64,000 nt of DNA from Camelus dromedarius (taxonomy: Eukaryota): the NCBI RefSeq assembly GCF_036321535.1, contig NC_087437.1, forward strand, positions 34,412,001 through 34,476,000. Direction: 5' to 3'. Under the pieces are notes generated by a model. The model saw only the letters and a list, made by a program, of their open reading frames with translations. It searched no databases and had not been told where the DNA came from. The position numbers and the translations under genes are program-made. Shown piece after piece: positions 14,800 to 29,460 of this stretch; within the stretch, counting starts at the first letter, position 1; each line of letters opens with the position of its first letter.

Positions 14800-16845
14800 T
14801 CAATCCTCACATACTATTGACTTTAAAAAGGAAAATGAAAAGAAAATGTATAGTATGCCACCTTTTGCATAATAAAAAAGGTGAAATGAGAAAATATACA
14901 TGTAGCTGTTTCTTTTTGCTAAAAGAAACATAGGAAGGACAAACCAGAACCAAAGGGATTGGCTACCTAGAGAGTAAACAGAAACAAGGTGTATGGTATT
15001 GGGTGGGTAGGAGTAGTGACATTGCTCTGAGTATATTTTTTTATAGTTTTGACTTTGTGGAACCATCCATGTAATGTTTTACATATTCAAAAATAATCAA
15101 ATCAACAAGAATGGAAGAGGAAGGAAACCTTAAATGAAAAAGAAATAGAAATAAATACACTTAACTGTATTTTAAATGAATAACAATAACACTTAAGCAG
15201 GGGGAGAAATGCAAGTAACATTGAACACAAGACTTCAACTCTATATCCTCAGTGTAAAGATAAAAACAGGAAACAAATATTACACAAATTTTTTTTTGCA
15301 ATAGTATGGATTAGCAATTCTGAAACAACTTACTGTGTATTGTAGAATTGAACAAATATGAATAATGGGAGCCAAGCTTCCTCAGTGTTTCCAAGAATGA
15401 AAGGAAAAACAATGAGAATTAACCCTATGGTGTTATGTTAGAATTGGTGGTACTAGAATGAACTCATGATTTTTAGCATGGAAAGGAAGGAAGGAAAGAA
15501 GGTAAGGAAGAGAGAAAGGGAGGGAAGAAGTAGTAAGATATGTATGTTTTTAATATATGTTTATATTCATATTTCTTAGCTCTGTCCTCTAAAAGGGTCT
15601 TGAAGCAAACACACCCCATTGAAATAAGCACATCTGGCACTCTCATTTGACTTCTCAAAACCATTAAACACCCAAAAAAGAACACGTCTCCGGGGAGAAA
15701 TGGCTGATTTGGGGGCTGGGACTGGAAAGTGCAAGATGAACCTGGAACAACTTGTACCAGCAAAGAAATGCTCAAACAATGATGAGGAAACTTACCTATC
15801 CTCCTCCCTCCGCAAAATTCCCTGGAGCTGGCCCAATGGAGTTCCCACTGGCCAAATCTGGGACAATTTTAACATCAAAATTTTTAAATGATAGTAATAG
15901 GATACTCAAGAAATAACTAAGAATCTGAGTCTAATCTGACATAAGTAAACAAATAAATGAGTGGGAGACAGGAGGCTCTTCCTTGCAGTAGAATACCAAC
16001 TAATCAATATAGAAGAAATTATGGAGTTAAAAAAATCACCATTTGGCAACCATCTTAGTAATAAATGATTCAGCCAAGAATCATCAATAGATGCTGAGAG
16101 TGGGAGGAAGTTGGAGGAGGAAGAGAATATTTTTACACAGTCTGAAAGTATCCTTTCAGAAATTATTTATTAAAAGGGAAAAACAACTTCACAGTGGATT
16201 AATTTAGTGAGCACAACCTTTGAAAGTAATCAAAGTTAATGTCATCAATAATGAGTGAAACCAGTATCATGAATCTTCCAATCTGATGCCCTAAGTATTA
16301 CTGCTAAAATGTATAAACTGAATTTAAGTATGAGGAAACATCAGACAAACATGAATTGAGGGACATTCTATAAAAATAACAGGCCTGTATTCTTCAAAAC
16401 AGTCAAGATCATAAAAGAAAGACTGGGGATTTGCTCCAGATTAAAGGAGGCAAGAGAGGTATGACAAAAACAATGTGTTATTCTGTACCAGAAAAAACAA
16501 ATTTCTAGAAAAGACATCATTAGGACAACTGTTAAAATTTGAACACAAACTGTAGATTAGATAACAGTATTATATCAGTGTGAAATTTCCTGATTTTGAT
16601 CAATGTATTGTGGTTAACTAACAGAAAATCCTTATTCTTAGGAAATTCATTGAAGTATTTATGGTTAAAGCGGCAAACTCCTAAATGTTTCAGAAAAAAG
16701 TGGGGGGGGGGGAGAAAAGGGGACCAAGGATAAAGTATATGGGATAAAATGTTAACAGTGAGTGAATTTGGATAAATGATATACAGAAGTTATTTGTACA
16801 ATTCTTGCAACCATTCTATAAAAGTGAAATTATATCAAAATTAAG
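14800..16845 (+). mobile_element. ancient L1 (L1MC/L1ME-type) 3' region, fragmented
   Basis: Motifs such as aacatcagacaaac..attgagggacattcta, gtgaaatttcctgattttgat and caattcttgcaacc..tctataaaagtgaaatt; boundaries approximate. Confidence 0.6.
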
Positions 16846-17926
16846 TCTTTAAGTCAACTCTTCATTTTATCATCTGACGTAAACTAAATTCTAGCTGTGT
16901 TCAGAATCAGTCTTCTAAGCCCTAGGCACTGTACCAAATACTTTCACACAATATCTCATTTAATCAAGATTCAGAAAAATAAGGTTAAAAACTACCATCA
17001 ATTCTGCCTGTAAAAGAACTAGAATCTGATGTGATTGTCTGCTATAACATTCCTTCCCTGTTCTGGTTATAAAGCCTTCTCTCTGTCTCCCTTTCCAGAG
17101 TGGCCTGAGGCCTGCTGTCCTCAGTCAATCAGTGTCCCAGTCCCTTGACTAAATTGATTCACTCATTGATGGGCACATGACCCAAGCTTGTCCAGGACCC
17201 TCTCTGCCCCTTGACTGCAAGAGACACTGGGGAAGAAGCATCCTCTCCTGATTTTTCTTGTAGGATAAGCCTTAGGCTGCTGCCTGCCCAACATGCTCAC
17301 CTTCTGGGGACAGTTGATCCAAGAGATGGTGAGAACAGAAGCCTGATGCAGCGGTGCTTAAAGATCTACCCCTGGAGCTAGGGGAACTGAAAAACTCCAT
17401 CTGTGCATAAGTTAGCCAAGTAAGTTTCTGTTCCTTTTGATGAATGTACTCTTACCTGACATAGTAGGTAAAGTATAATACAGATGGAAACAGTTTAAGT
17501 TATTTCTAAAAAAAAATTCCCTTAAAAGTAGAAAAATCATGACTTACTCACCAGTAATAAAGCTATGGTCAAATTAAATAAATCTCCAAAACTCTGTAAG
17601 TGGATATTAACATGTACTAGAAATAAAGACTACATTTAATAGATAGCTTACTAAATGAGTATGTGTTGTATCCATATATTTTTAGTGTGGTCATGTTATA
17701 CAGTTAAATTTGAAGAAATCAGAAACCAAAACTGATAATAGCTTAACAATTCCTGCAAGCACAGAAAAAATAAAGCCAAAGGTTGGAATTCAATCCCAGT
17801 ATATGCCAGTTTTATTTACTTTCTTCTATGACAATAGTTTTATAGCCTATAAACAAATCAACTGACTACATAGGAAATGGATAAACAACTCAAAACATAA
17901 GTCATACTAAAATATTATATCTTTTA

Positions 17927-20550
<2,624 letters not shown>

Positions 20551-20587
20551 GCTTTGGTTCTTTTAAAAGAGATATCTTCAGTCTCAT
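20551..20587 (-). CDS. IFT80: IFT80 exon 2 coding part (ATG at 20587; whole exon 20551-20634)
   Basis: ttacag|TGAATAC acceptor, 47 nt of 5'UTR, then MRLKISLLKEPK(H), the N-terminus of intraflagellar transport protein 80. Confidence 0.96.
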
Positions 20588-22989
20588 GTCTCCACTTTTC
20601 AGCAAAATTTTTAGATGCCACTTGATTGTATTCACTGTAAAATAAAAGTTGGGAGGGAAATATAGAATCTGCATTAAAAACAAAACATGAACACAAAAAA
20701 AATAAAAGCAAACAAAACATCTTAGCACCGCAAGGACACTGAAGCACCTTCAATCTTCCTAACAGCAAGCATATGCAAAGAGGAAGAAAACTACTCAGAG
20801 TGTGCTAATTCTGCCAACAGATGATTGGAGACCTTGAGTTGGATTCCAGAGGTCCTCACAACCTGCCTAAAATATTCCTGCAAGTGCAGAACACCACTGA
20901 ATCTGGTCAGGTAAGTAATTTCAAAGGCCGTCCTGAGGACAAATCAGAAGATTCTTTAAAATAGGTACCCTTCAATGGCAGATCAGTGTTGGTGCTGTTG
21001 AATGGATATACATTAAAATAATTCTGAAGGTCTGATGAAGGGCTACGATACATTTTTGCAGGCCTTAATTATAGAACCCACATAGCAATATTATGACATC
21101 ATCAATCTAGTGATCCAATCTGAGATTTACATTCTGTTTGGGGTAGATACACTGCCCAACAATTATGGTTTCCACAGTGGCAATGTGAAAAATAAGTGCG
21201 TTATTTAAGAAAGAGGTAATAAATCCATTATAAAAGTTATATAAAAATCACAATGTAATTGCCAAATAAAAACTGGGAAGAAGAGTAACACTCCCGCAAT
21301 AACCATGCTATCAAAATACACAAATTAAGGAAATGCTAAATTATCGCAATCCAATTTACAGTTTTGGATTCTTTCTGAGAAACATCACTAACTAAAAAGA
21401 AAAAAAAAATTAAATGAAAGTGTGGTTAAAGGAAAAAAATGCTTTTCACCAGGTAGAAAATTACTGTTAACTACATCAAAGGAGGTACTGAGTGTAGATA
21501 AGAACTCAGTGGGCCTACCTTCGATAATTTCTCATTCCTCCGAATCTAGGAAGACTTTTAGATTAGCAAGGTGCTAAACACAGCTGTATTTCAAAACACC
21601 TTTTTCACTTATTCTACTCCTAAATTTGTGAGACTGGGGGGAAATTGTTAAGACTACAGGAAAAAAGTTTCTGTCTAGTTAATATGCGATTAGGGTCAAA
21701 AACCTTCTCTCTTCTCCAGATGACTTAAGGAGATTTATGTTCAAATTCAAAAGTATGAATCAGTGGATAGCAGGCAGAGCAAGAAGATAATCTCTCCCAG
21801 GCTATTTCCAAGGCTTACTTTTAATTCCTAGGAATTTCAGCACCTTTTTCATAATTTGTTCTCCCTTCCATCAGACCTCCTTCCATTAGAGGAGGGGAAA
21901 GGTAAAAATATTTACAAAATGCTACTTTTTCACAATAATTCAAGTAGCAATTCAGCTTATAAGGATTTCAAAAGAATAGACAGATAAATTGTTCATTCTG
22001 AAAATGAGAAACAACACAATAGACAAGAAAATATATATAAAATTACAACCAGAAACTTTGAAGATCTTTGGCAAAGTCATAATGTAGCCTATTTCAAAAC
22101 ACATCTGGAATTCGAGATATTTGAGCACGAGCCACACACCTGTTCTCCTTGCTTAGCATTGCAATAAAGCTTTCTCTGTTCCAAACAACAACACTTCAAA
22201 CTGCAGAAATCCATAATTAGGAATAATTCCTTACCAAAAGAAATCTTAATACTATATAAATAGTAAAGGCAGTATGGTTTTTATGAGAAAGGAATCAACT
22301 ATTCAGAAACATGGTGTAAAGGATCAGAGAAAGAGAGTGGCATCCTAGCACTGGAATGATTCTCCCTTGCTCAGAAAGATCTTCCCCATACACCCTATTT
22401 AGCTGAGATCATCTGCATGAATGATATGTGCATTCTGATATGAGACTGAATAAAGGAACAAGGGGAAAGTAGTATTAGAGCACAGCCATTTAGGGGAATT
22501 GCAGAGCTGCCTGAGCACTACACTGAGGCATTTTTATCTGCCCAAAGGCATTGGTCATCAAGGATCTGACTAGCCAGTGGTAAATGGGGTTGGGGGGGTG
22601 GATAATTAGAGAGCAGACAGGAGGAACTATGCCTTTGCTACTAAAAATCATTTATAAATTATCTTTGAACTATCTTTGGTCCAGTGTAGGTCAACATTTA
22701 TGAGGCTTAAGAGGAAAAAATGTGCCCAGGAAATCCTGATTACCAAGCTACCAAAATATATTCCAAATCTGGCCACTCCTCAGCACCCGCATCATAGTTC
22801 TAAGCCACCATCATTCTCTGTCTCAATTATTACAGTGACCCCAGAACCGATCTTTCTGCTCTTACACATACCCCTTCAAATTCTTCTAAATATAGCAGCC
22901 AGTAATGCTTCTAAGGCTAAGTCAGATCATGAAGGCCAGTATGGTTAATACAAGGTAAGTGGAGGGAGTAGCAAGAAATTGGGGAAGAA

Positions 22990-23900
22990 AAGTGACACAA
23001 AATCCCGTAGAGGTTTGGAAAACCACAATAAAAGAATCATTTCTTTCTTTTGAATGATACCAGTTTTCCTCTTGAATGAACAGAGAAGCCAGTGAAGAGT
23101 TATGAGCAAAGGAGTGATATGATCTGACTCACATTTTAAAGTGTCAGTATGGGTGAAAGAAAAAAAAAGAGCAAGAATGAGCAAGACTGGAAGCAGGGAG
23201 GCCAGCTAAGTTCAGTAATCCAGAAGAGGAGTGAAAGTGGGTGGATGAGGAAGGTAGCAGTGGTAAAATGATATAAAGTGGTCATATTCTATTCAGAATA
23301 TATTCATATCTTGAAAGAAGATCCCACAGGATTTGTTGATGAATTGGGGTTAAGAGAAAGAGGAGTCAAAAATGACTCTAAAGTTTCAACAGGTAGAACA
23401 GAGTTGCCATTTACTGAAATGAAGACTAAGGGAGGAACAAGTTGGAAGAGATGATTTAAAAATTCTGCTTGGGGCACGCTAAGTTTAAGATGCCTACTAG
23501 ACATCCAAACAGAGAATTCAAGGAGAAATTGGATATACAAATCTGGAGTCAAGGGAGAGGTCAGACCTGGAGATACCATTGAGATATCAATTTGAGGGCT
23601 GTCAGCACAAAGATCATATTCGAAGCCATGGGGTAAGATGAGACTACCCAGCAGAACTTGAAAAGGTGGTAGCTTCAACAGCCTAGAAGTCCTACTGAAC
23701 TGAACTGTCAGCACTTAAATTCTAGAGGAAGTAACCAGGGAAAAACAGGTAGAGATATACAGACAATGAGATGTTTAAAACAAATTTTGGGAGCAAATAT
23801 AGATATATAAGACTATGAAAATGAGTGGCTGAGGTCAAGGAACTGAGAGGCCAGGGAATGGAATTGATTGAGTCAAGGATGTTAAATCACTGAGAATAAT
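22990..23900 (-). mobile_element. L2 LINE fragment
   Basis: ggagtgatatgatctgactcacattttaaa; gagaaaggagtcaaaaatgactctaaagttt; gagttgccatttactgaaatg; boundaries approximate. Confidence 0.7.
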
Positions 23901-25184
23901 GATAAGAATAGTGGTGGAGATAGACACAGTTACCCAGGTGCTAAAATACCATTCACTGAATGAGGAAAAATATCAGAGATCTGTGGCTGACTAACTGCAA
24001 AAAGGTTTGATCTCGGAGGACACGTCTCAAACGGACTAGAGGATTTTAGAGAGGAAAGGAAAAGACAATCAGTTGTCCAGAAACACTAATGAGAAGCAAG
24101 CCCACACATTGGTGTCTGGAATGCAAAATAGCCTGGTCCACTTGAGAAGGCCATGGGGCGAGCTGTTTCCTTAGAAGAAACCAGATTTAAGTTAGACTGT
24201 GAAGTTAAAGAGATCATTCACAGTAAAGGGTGAGAACACAGATCTGGGCAATGACAAACTATGAGCTCCAAAAGGCAGAGTTGTAGGATTTAGATGGGGA
24301 AGAGCTAAGAGTTTGGGACAGATGGTGGGAAATGGTAAGAACAGCCAGCTGTCCTCAAATACTCATTCATCCCTATTTCTCCAGTAGAAGAATCTGAATT
24401 TTTGCTGCATACCTGGCCACTTAGAATAAAGATTATGTTCCCCAATTGCCCTCAAAACTAGGTGTGGCCATGCAGGGCATTAATAATTCTTAAACCTAAA
24501 TGGGGATATTACATCATCATCAACCTTGTAGCCCAATCTGGGATTTATACTTGAAGGGTGGGTAGATAACACTGCCCACCAGTAATGGTTACCCACAGTG
24601 GAATTGTGAAAAGTAAATGAGTTACCTCTTACAAAAGCCAATTTATTATCTCTTATAAAAGTTACATAAATCAGCATAACTTGGAAAATAAGAATAGTAC
24701 TCTCCCCACCATGCCATCAAGACCATATATAACATGACAACAAGATAGAAGGAACTTGTGGAGAGTCCTATCAGTCCTGTACCATCTATTTAGATTTTTA
24801 AGTAATAGAGAATAAAGTTTTATCATGTTTAAGTTACTGTCATCAACAGCTAAGTCTAATAATGAACTAATGCAGGGAATGAAAAGTCTTGAATGTGGAG
24901 ACTGAGGTAAACAGGGATGTAAGGTATGATGTAACAGTCCCAATGGTTGGATAAAGGAAAGCAGATAATCAACTTAAATTGTAGCCTTCCTCCTAGAACT
25001 GCTCTCTTAGGTGGTTTGTAGTGCTGATGCAGTTTTGTAAGAGAGAAGGGCAATCTTGCTAGGAGTACATGTAACTCTATGGGAATTCCTTTACAATCCT
25101 GCTAACGAGGCTGTTAGGATTTATTTCAGTAGGCAGTTTATGGAGGGAAAGGAATTGTAGAGTTATAGAGGGAATAAACATCTC

Positions 25185-26503
25185 CAACCTTTTCTCCTAA
25201 TTTCCCCAACCTTAAACTGTGAGCTCAGTCCTTGTACCTCTTCTGTATCTATACTCACTGCCATGGTTATCTCACCCAGTTTCATGGCTTAATATAAATT
25301 TAAATATAGTGACTACCCAGTGACAACCCCCAATTTCATATCTCCAGTTCAGACCTCTCCACTGAACCCAATTTTTATATCTGATTATTTGACAAATCTA
25401 TTTGAATGTCTGACATCTCAAACTGAAGATTCAAATCAAACCCCTAATCTTTCCTCCAACTTTGCTTCTCCCACAGCCTTAACCATCTCAGTAAATGGCA
25501 ATTCCATTCTTCCAGTTGCACAGGTCAAAAACATTGGAATCATCACCAACTCTTCTCTCACATCGTAAACACAATTAGTAAAAAACAAAATCTGTATGCT
25601 CTATCTTCAAAATATCTGAATTTCACGACACCAATGCTATGACCCAGTCCAAGGTGCCATCATCTGTTAACCTGAATTACAATAGCCTCCTTATTGGCCT
25701 CTAACCCCTCACAATCTGTGCTCACCACAGCAGCCAAAATGACTTTTAAAATAGGTCATGGTGCTTATCCACTCAAAACTCTCCAATGGCTTCCTATCTC
25801 AGAGTTAAAACAAAGGTCTTACAGTGGTGTTCAAAGCTTTTATTGATCTGGACTCTTACTGTGATGGTTAATTTTTTGTGTCAATTTGGCTACACGATGA
25901 CGCCCAGTTATTTGGGCAAACATGAGTCTAAATGTTGCTATAAATGTATTTTTTAGAGGTGACTGACATTTACAATCAGTTGACTTAAATAAAGCAATTA
26001 CCCTGCATCATGTGGGTGGGCCTTGTCCAACCAGTTGAAGGTCTTAAGAGCAAAGACCAAGATTTTCCAAAGAAGGACTTCTGCCATCTGACTACAATAC
26101 AGAAATTTTGCCATCAGTTTCCAGCCTTAAGACTAAAGATTTCAACATCAACTCTTCTTTCTCTGGAGAGCCCTGATATGCCCATCATTCCTCTGACCTC
26201 ATCTCCTGTTGCCTCTCTTTTTTTCACTCACTGCTTCAGCCACACTAGCCTCTTTTTTTCCTTCTTACATACTAATCATGCTCTTGCCTCAGAGCCTTTG
26301 TACCCATGCTCTCTGCCTGGAATCCGTGACCCCATATAGCTGTATGGCTTACTCCTTTCTTCCTTCCTTCATCTTTTTGCCCAAAAGTCACCTTCTCAGT
26401 AAAGCCTTGCCGGTGTATCCTATTCAAGGCCATCTGTCATAGTATTTTACTTACTATTGCCCCTTTCTAAAATGTAAGCTCCATGAGTACAGATTTTTAT
26501 CCA
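25185..26503 (+). mobile_element. L2 LINE 3' region, interrupted by an MLT2-like LTR piece (about 25860-26150); its terminal part resumes at 28102-28202 beyond the MIC retrocopy
   Basis: ccatctcagtaaatggcaattccattcttccagttg; ctcaaaactctccaatggcttcc; aatgtaagctccatgag; the MLT2-like piece starts tgtgatggttaatttt. Confidence 0.72.
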
Positions 26504-28101
26504 TTTTTTTTCTTTAAAGAGCATTTAAAACTTATTATATGGAATTATGCAGATACTGTGGACATGAAATCATGCATATATAAGTGTGATGGGGGTGAAG
26601 AGAACCAAAACTCTATTAGACTCCTCAGAAGTGGCTACAAGGACACTTACAGATAAAGCTTATTGATTATTAATCCTAATTATCATCCATGTAATATATT
26701 ATAATATAAAATAACAAAAATAATGTTAATAACTAGTGTGGTACAGCTGCAAGCACTTCATATATATTACCATTTTAATCATCCCAACTATAAGTGGAAG
26801 CAAATATTATTTTTCCCATTTCATAGATGAGGAAACTGAAGCATCATGAGGGAAAATACTATTCAAGACCAGAGTAGAGAGTTGAGTTCAGACCTCATGG
26901 CTGCAGATTTTATGCTCCCTCAGTTGAATCAATGGACCCAGGGTCTGACAACAGAGACCAAAAACCCAGTTGTGTGAGGCCATTATGATCTGTTGGAGTG
27001 TCTGGAGTTGACCAGGGTCTTGTAGGCCAACAGGCTTTGGGCTCTCCACAGCCCATGTTGTCTTTTTCTTCTTGTACCAAAGGACACGAAGCATAATGAT
27101 TATGACAAGAAACCACAGCAGGAACATCCAAAATGATCAGCCATTAACTCTGTTGCACCAGAGTCTTTCCAGAGGGCACAGGGTGTGCACTCGGATTTTC
27201 ACTGTGTTCCACATAGCACATGAACCTTGGGGAACCCTTAAGGCCACTCAGGTCTTGTAGGTCCCATTCCCAACAGGCAGGACACCCCCAGATTTCTGGA
27301 CACCCTGCTTAGGAGTTTCTCATCCTGAATCCAGGCCAGTGAGATACTCTGAGAAGAGAAGCTGTCAGGGTGACCATGCCCTCCAAGGCCATGCTGCTGG
27401 CCATGTTCACTGCTGGGGGCACTATTCTCTCTGTGAAGCCCATTTAGGATTCCAGATATTTCTGCAGTCTTCCACAAAGCTCTCCCTGCACACAGACCCA
27501 GTAATCCTTCCTTTTAAAGCCATCTATGTCCTGGGACTTCTCTATTTCCATAGTCCAGGTCCAAGTCAAAGACCAGGGCATTTCCCATCCATAGGTCTTT
27601 GGGTGATAGGAGAGGAAGATATTAGAAACAACTGAAGCCCCTGGCATGGTTGTCTTCTTGGATCTCACAGCCCTGAATCTTCTGGGGAGAATGCAAGCCT
27701 CCTTTCTCCTCCTGCAGGGCCGTGATTTCTGCCTGAAATTTTCTGAGGCCCTTCCCATTCTTCGTCAAGTCCTTGGACTGTGTGTCCCATGTCTCTGCTC
27801 CTAGGACTACTTCTGCCCATAGCCCCCAGGGCTCTGCCCGCCTGTCTCACAGTCACAGCACAGGAAGGCCTGACCATCCGAGTAGCCCTCAGCAGAAAAC
27901 TGTGATTGCACAGTTCCATCCTGGGATACCACCATGAGGTTACAATGAAGACTGTGGTATCCTTCTGATCTTGCAGAGTCTCCCAGAGAGGCAGAAGGCA
28001 ACGGGAACTCCCCCTGAGTACACAGATATTGGCAGCAGCCATCTTTGGGAGCTTGCTCCACCACGAGGACATTGTGCTGGCAAGTACCATACTGGAGACC
28101 T
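26504..28101 (-). pseudogene. processed pseudogene (retrocopy) of a MIC gene (MHC class I chain-related, MICA/MICB-like)
   Basis: Across frames the minus strand reads [62 protein letters not shown]..|GLHSPQKIQGCEIQEDN..QGELCGRLQKYLES*..|VPPAVN..GVLPVGNGTYKT*VA..FMCYVEHSENPSAHPVPS|GKTLV..TM..KKKKT..TQLGFWSLLSDPGSIDSTEGA* (stop 26910-26912). No introns; frameshifts; internal stops at 27622-24, 27444-46, 27248-50 and 27144-46; polyA remnant 26504-26511. Confidence 0.92.
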
Positions 28102-29164
28102 CAGAATTTCTGTCTGTTTTGTTTGCTCCTATATCCCCTGCAACTAGAAACATCCTTGCATACGGTAGGTGTTCAGTAAATATTTGTCCAATGAATAAAT
28201 GGTGAAAAACTGTAGTCATCAGGCAGAGCTCATAAGTGAAGAAGATAAAGGTATATAAGTTTATATATAAAGGTATTATCAGTGTAGAGGTTAGAGCAAG
28301 ACGTAGAATAGTAATTATGAATGCCTTTTAAACTAGGGTAGACCTCAATATGTTTGGTGGCAAAGGAGAAGGAACCAGTGAAAAGGAATAGATTGGCAAT
28401 ACTACAGAAACAGAAGCTAATGTAAGCCAGCATGGGCCCCTATGAAGTCATTTGATCAAGGGCACTGATAAAGGGGTCGTTCTATTTTTAAACACATAGA
28501 TTGACCATTCACACAAGCATAAATACAGATGGTCAGTGGGCAATCAAAAGCATGAAGTAATGCACAGCTTCAATTATAATTAAAGAAATGAAACATAAAA
28601 CAGCTAGATACCATTTTTTTGTTGTCAGAGTGGCCAAATGCAAAATACCCAGAACCCAATCCTGGCATACAGAGAAACAGATACCCGCATACATTACTAA
28701 AGGGCAGGAGAACTGGTGCTAATGGTCATTTATTCTTTTCCCCCTACCCCCACCCCAACACTTCTAACTACCTTTTCTACTTTGGGGGAATTTCCTACCT
28801 TATAAATAAAAAACAAATTATTTCCTCTCTAGCCCTCCTTAGAGCTAGGACACAGGCAAATTACCTAGGCTCTGCCAATCTGACACATCTGTGCATATTC
28901 TGATTTAGAAGCTACTGACTCAAAGGAGGTGTTATATAAAGAATCTACCCTGGGAAGAATTCCTAGTCATAGGAATTTGTTAAATACATGTAAATGTACA
29001 CTAAGATACATATACAAACTATACAAGCCTGTTTATTTCAGAACTTGATAGAATACTATCAAAAACTAGAAATTTAAATATTCATCATAATTTCACTCTC
29101 ATGTTGCAGATACATGTTTATAATGTGAAACAGAATTAGAACCAAGAAAATAGGATTAAGAATT

Positions 29165-29460
29165 AAGAATTAGACTTAACGTTATGTTAAATGAAATAAA
29201 CTAGTCACAAAGGGACAGATACTGTATGATTCCCCTTATATCAAGTATCTAGTCAAATTCATAGACACAAAAAGTAGAATGCTGGTTGCCTGAGATTGGG
29301 GGAAGGAGGATTGGGGAGTTATTGTTTAATGGGTACAGAGTTTCAGTTCCGCAGGGTGAAAAGAGTTCAGAGGTGATAGTAGCACAACAATATGAATTTA
29401 CTCAATACCGTTGAACTATACTGAACTATACACCCAAACGTGGTTAAGATGGTTTACAAA
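29165..29460 (+). mobile_element. L1MB-type 3' end
   Basis: atgttaaatgaaataaactagtcacaaagggacagatactgtatgattcc...aatgggtacagagtttcagtt...tggttaagatggt. Confidence 0.75.

Noticed and set aside
27665..28219. Longest ORF in the window (184 aa)
   Set aside because: It runs from an L2 tail through the L1-like segment into an off-frame reading of the MIC pseudogene; no coherent protein.
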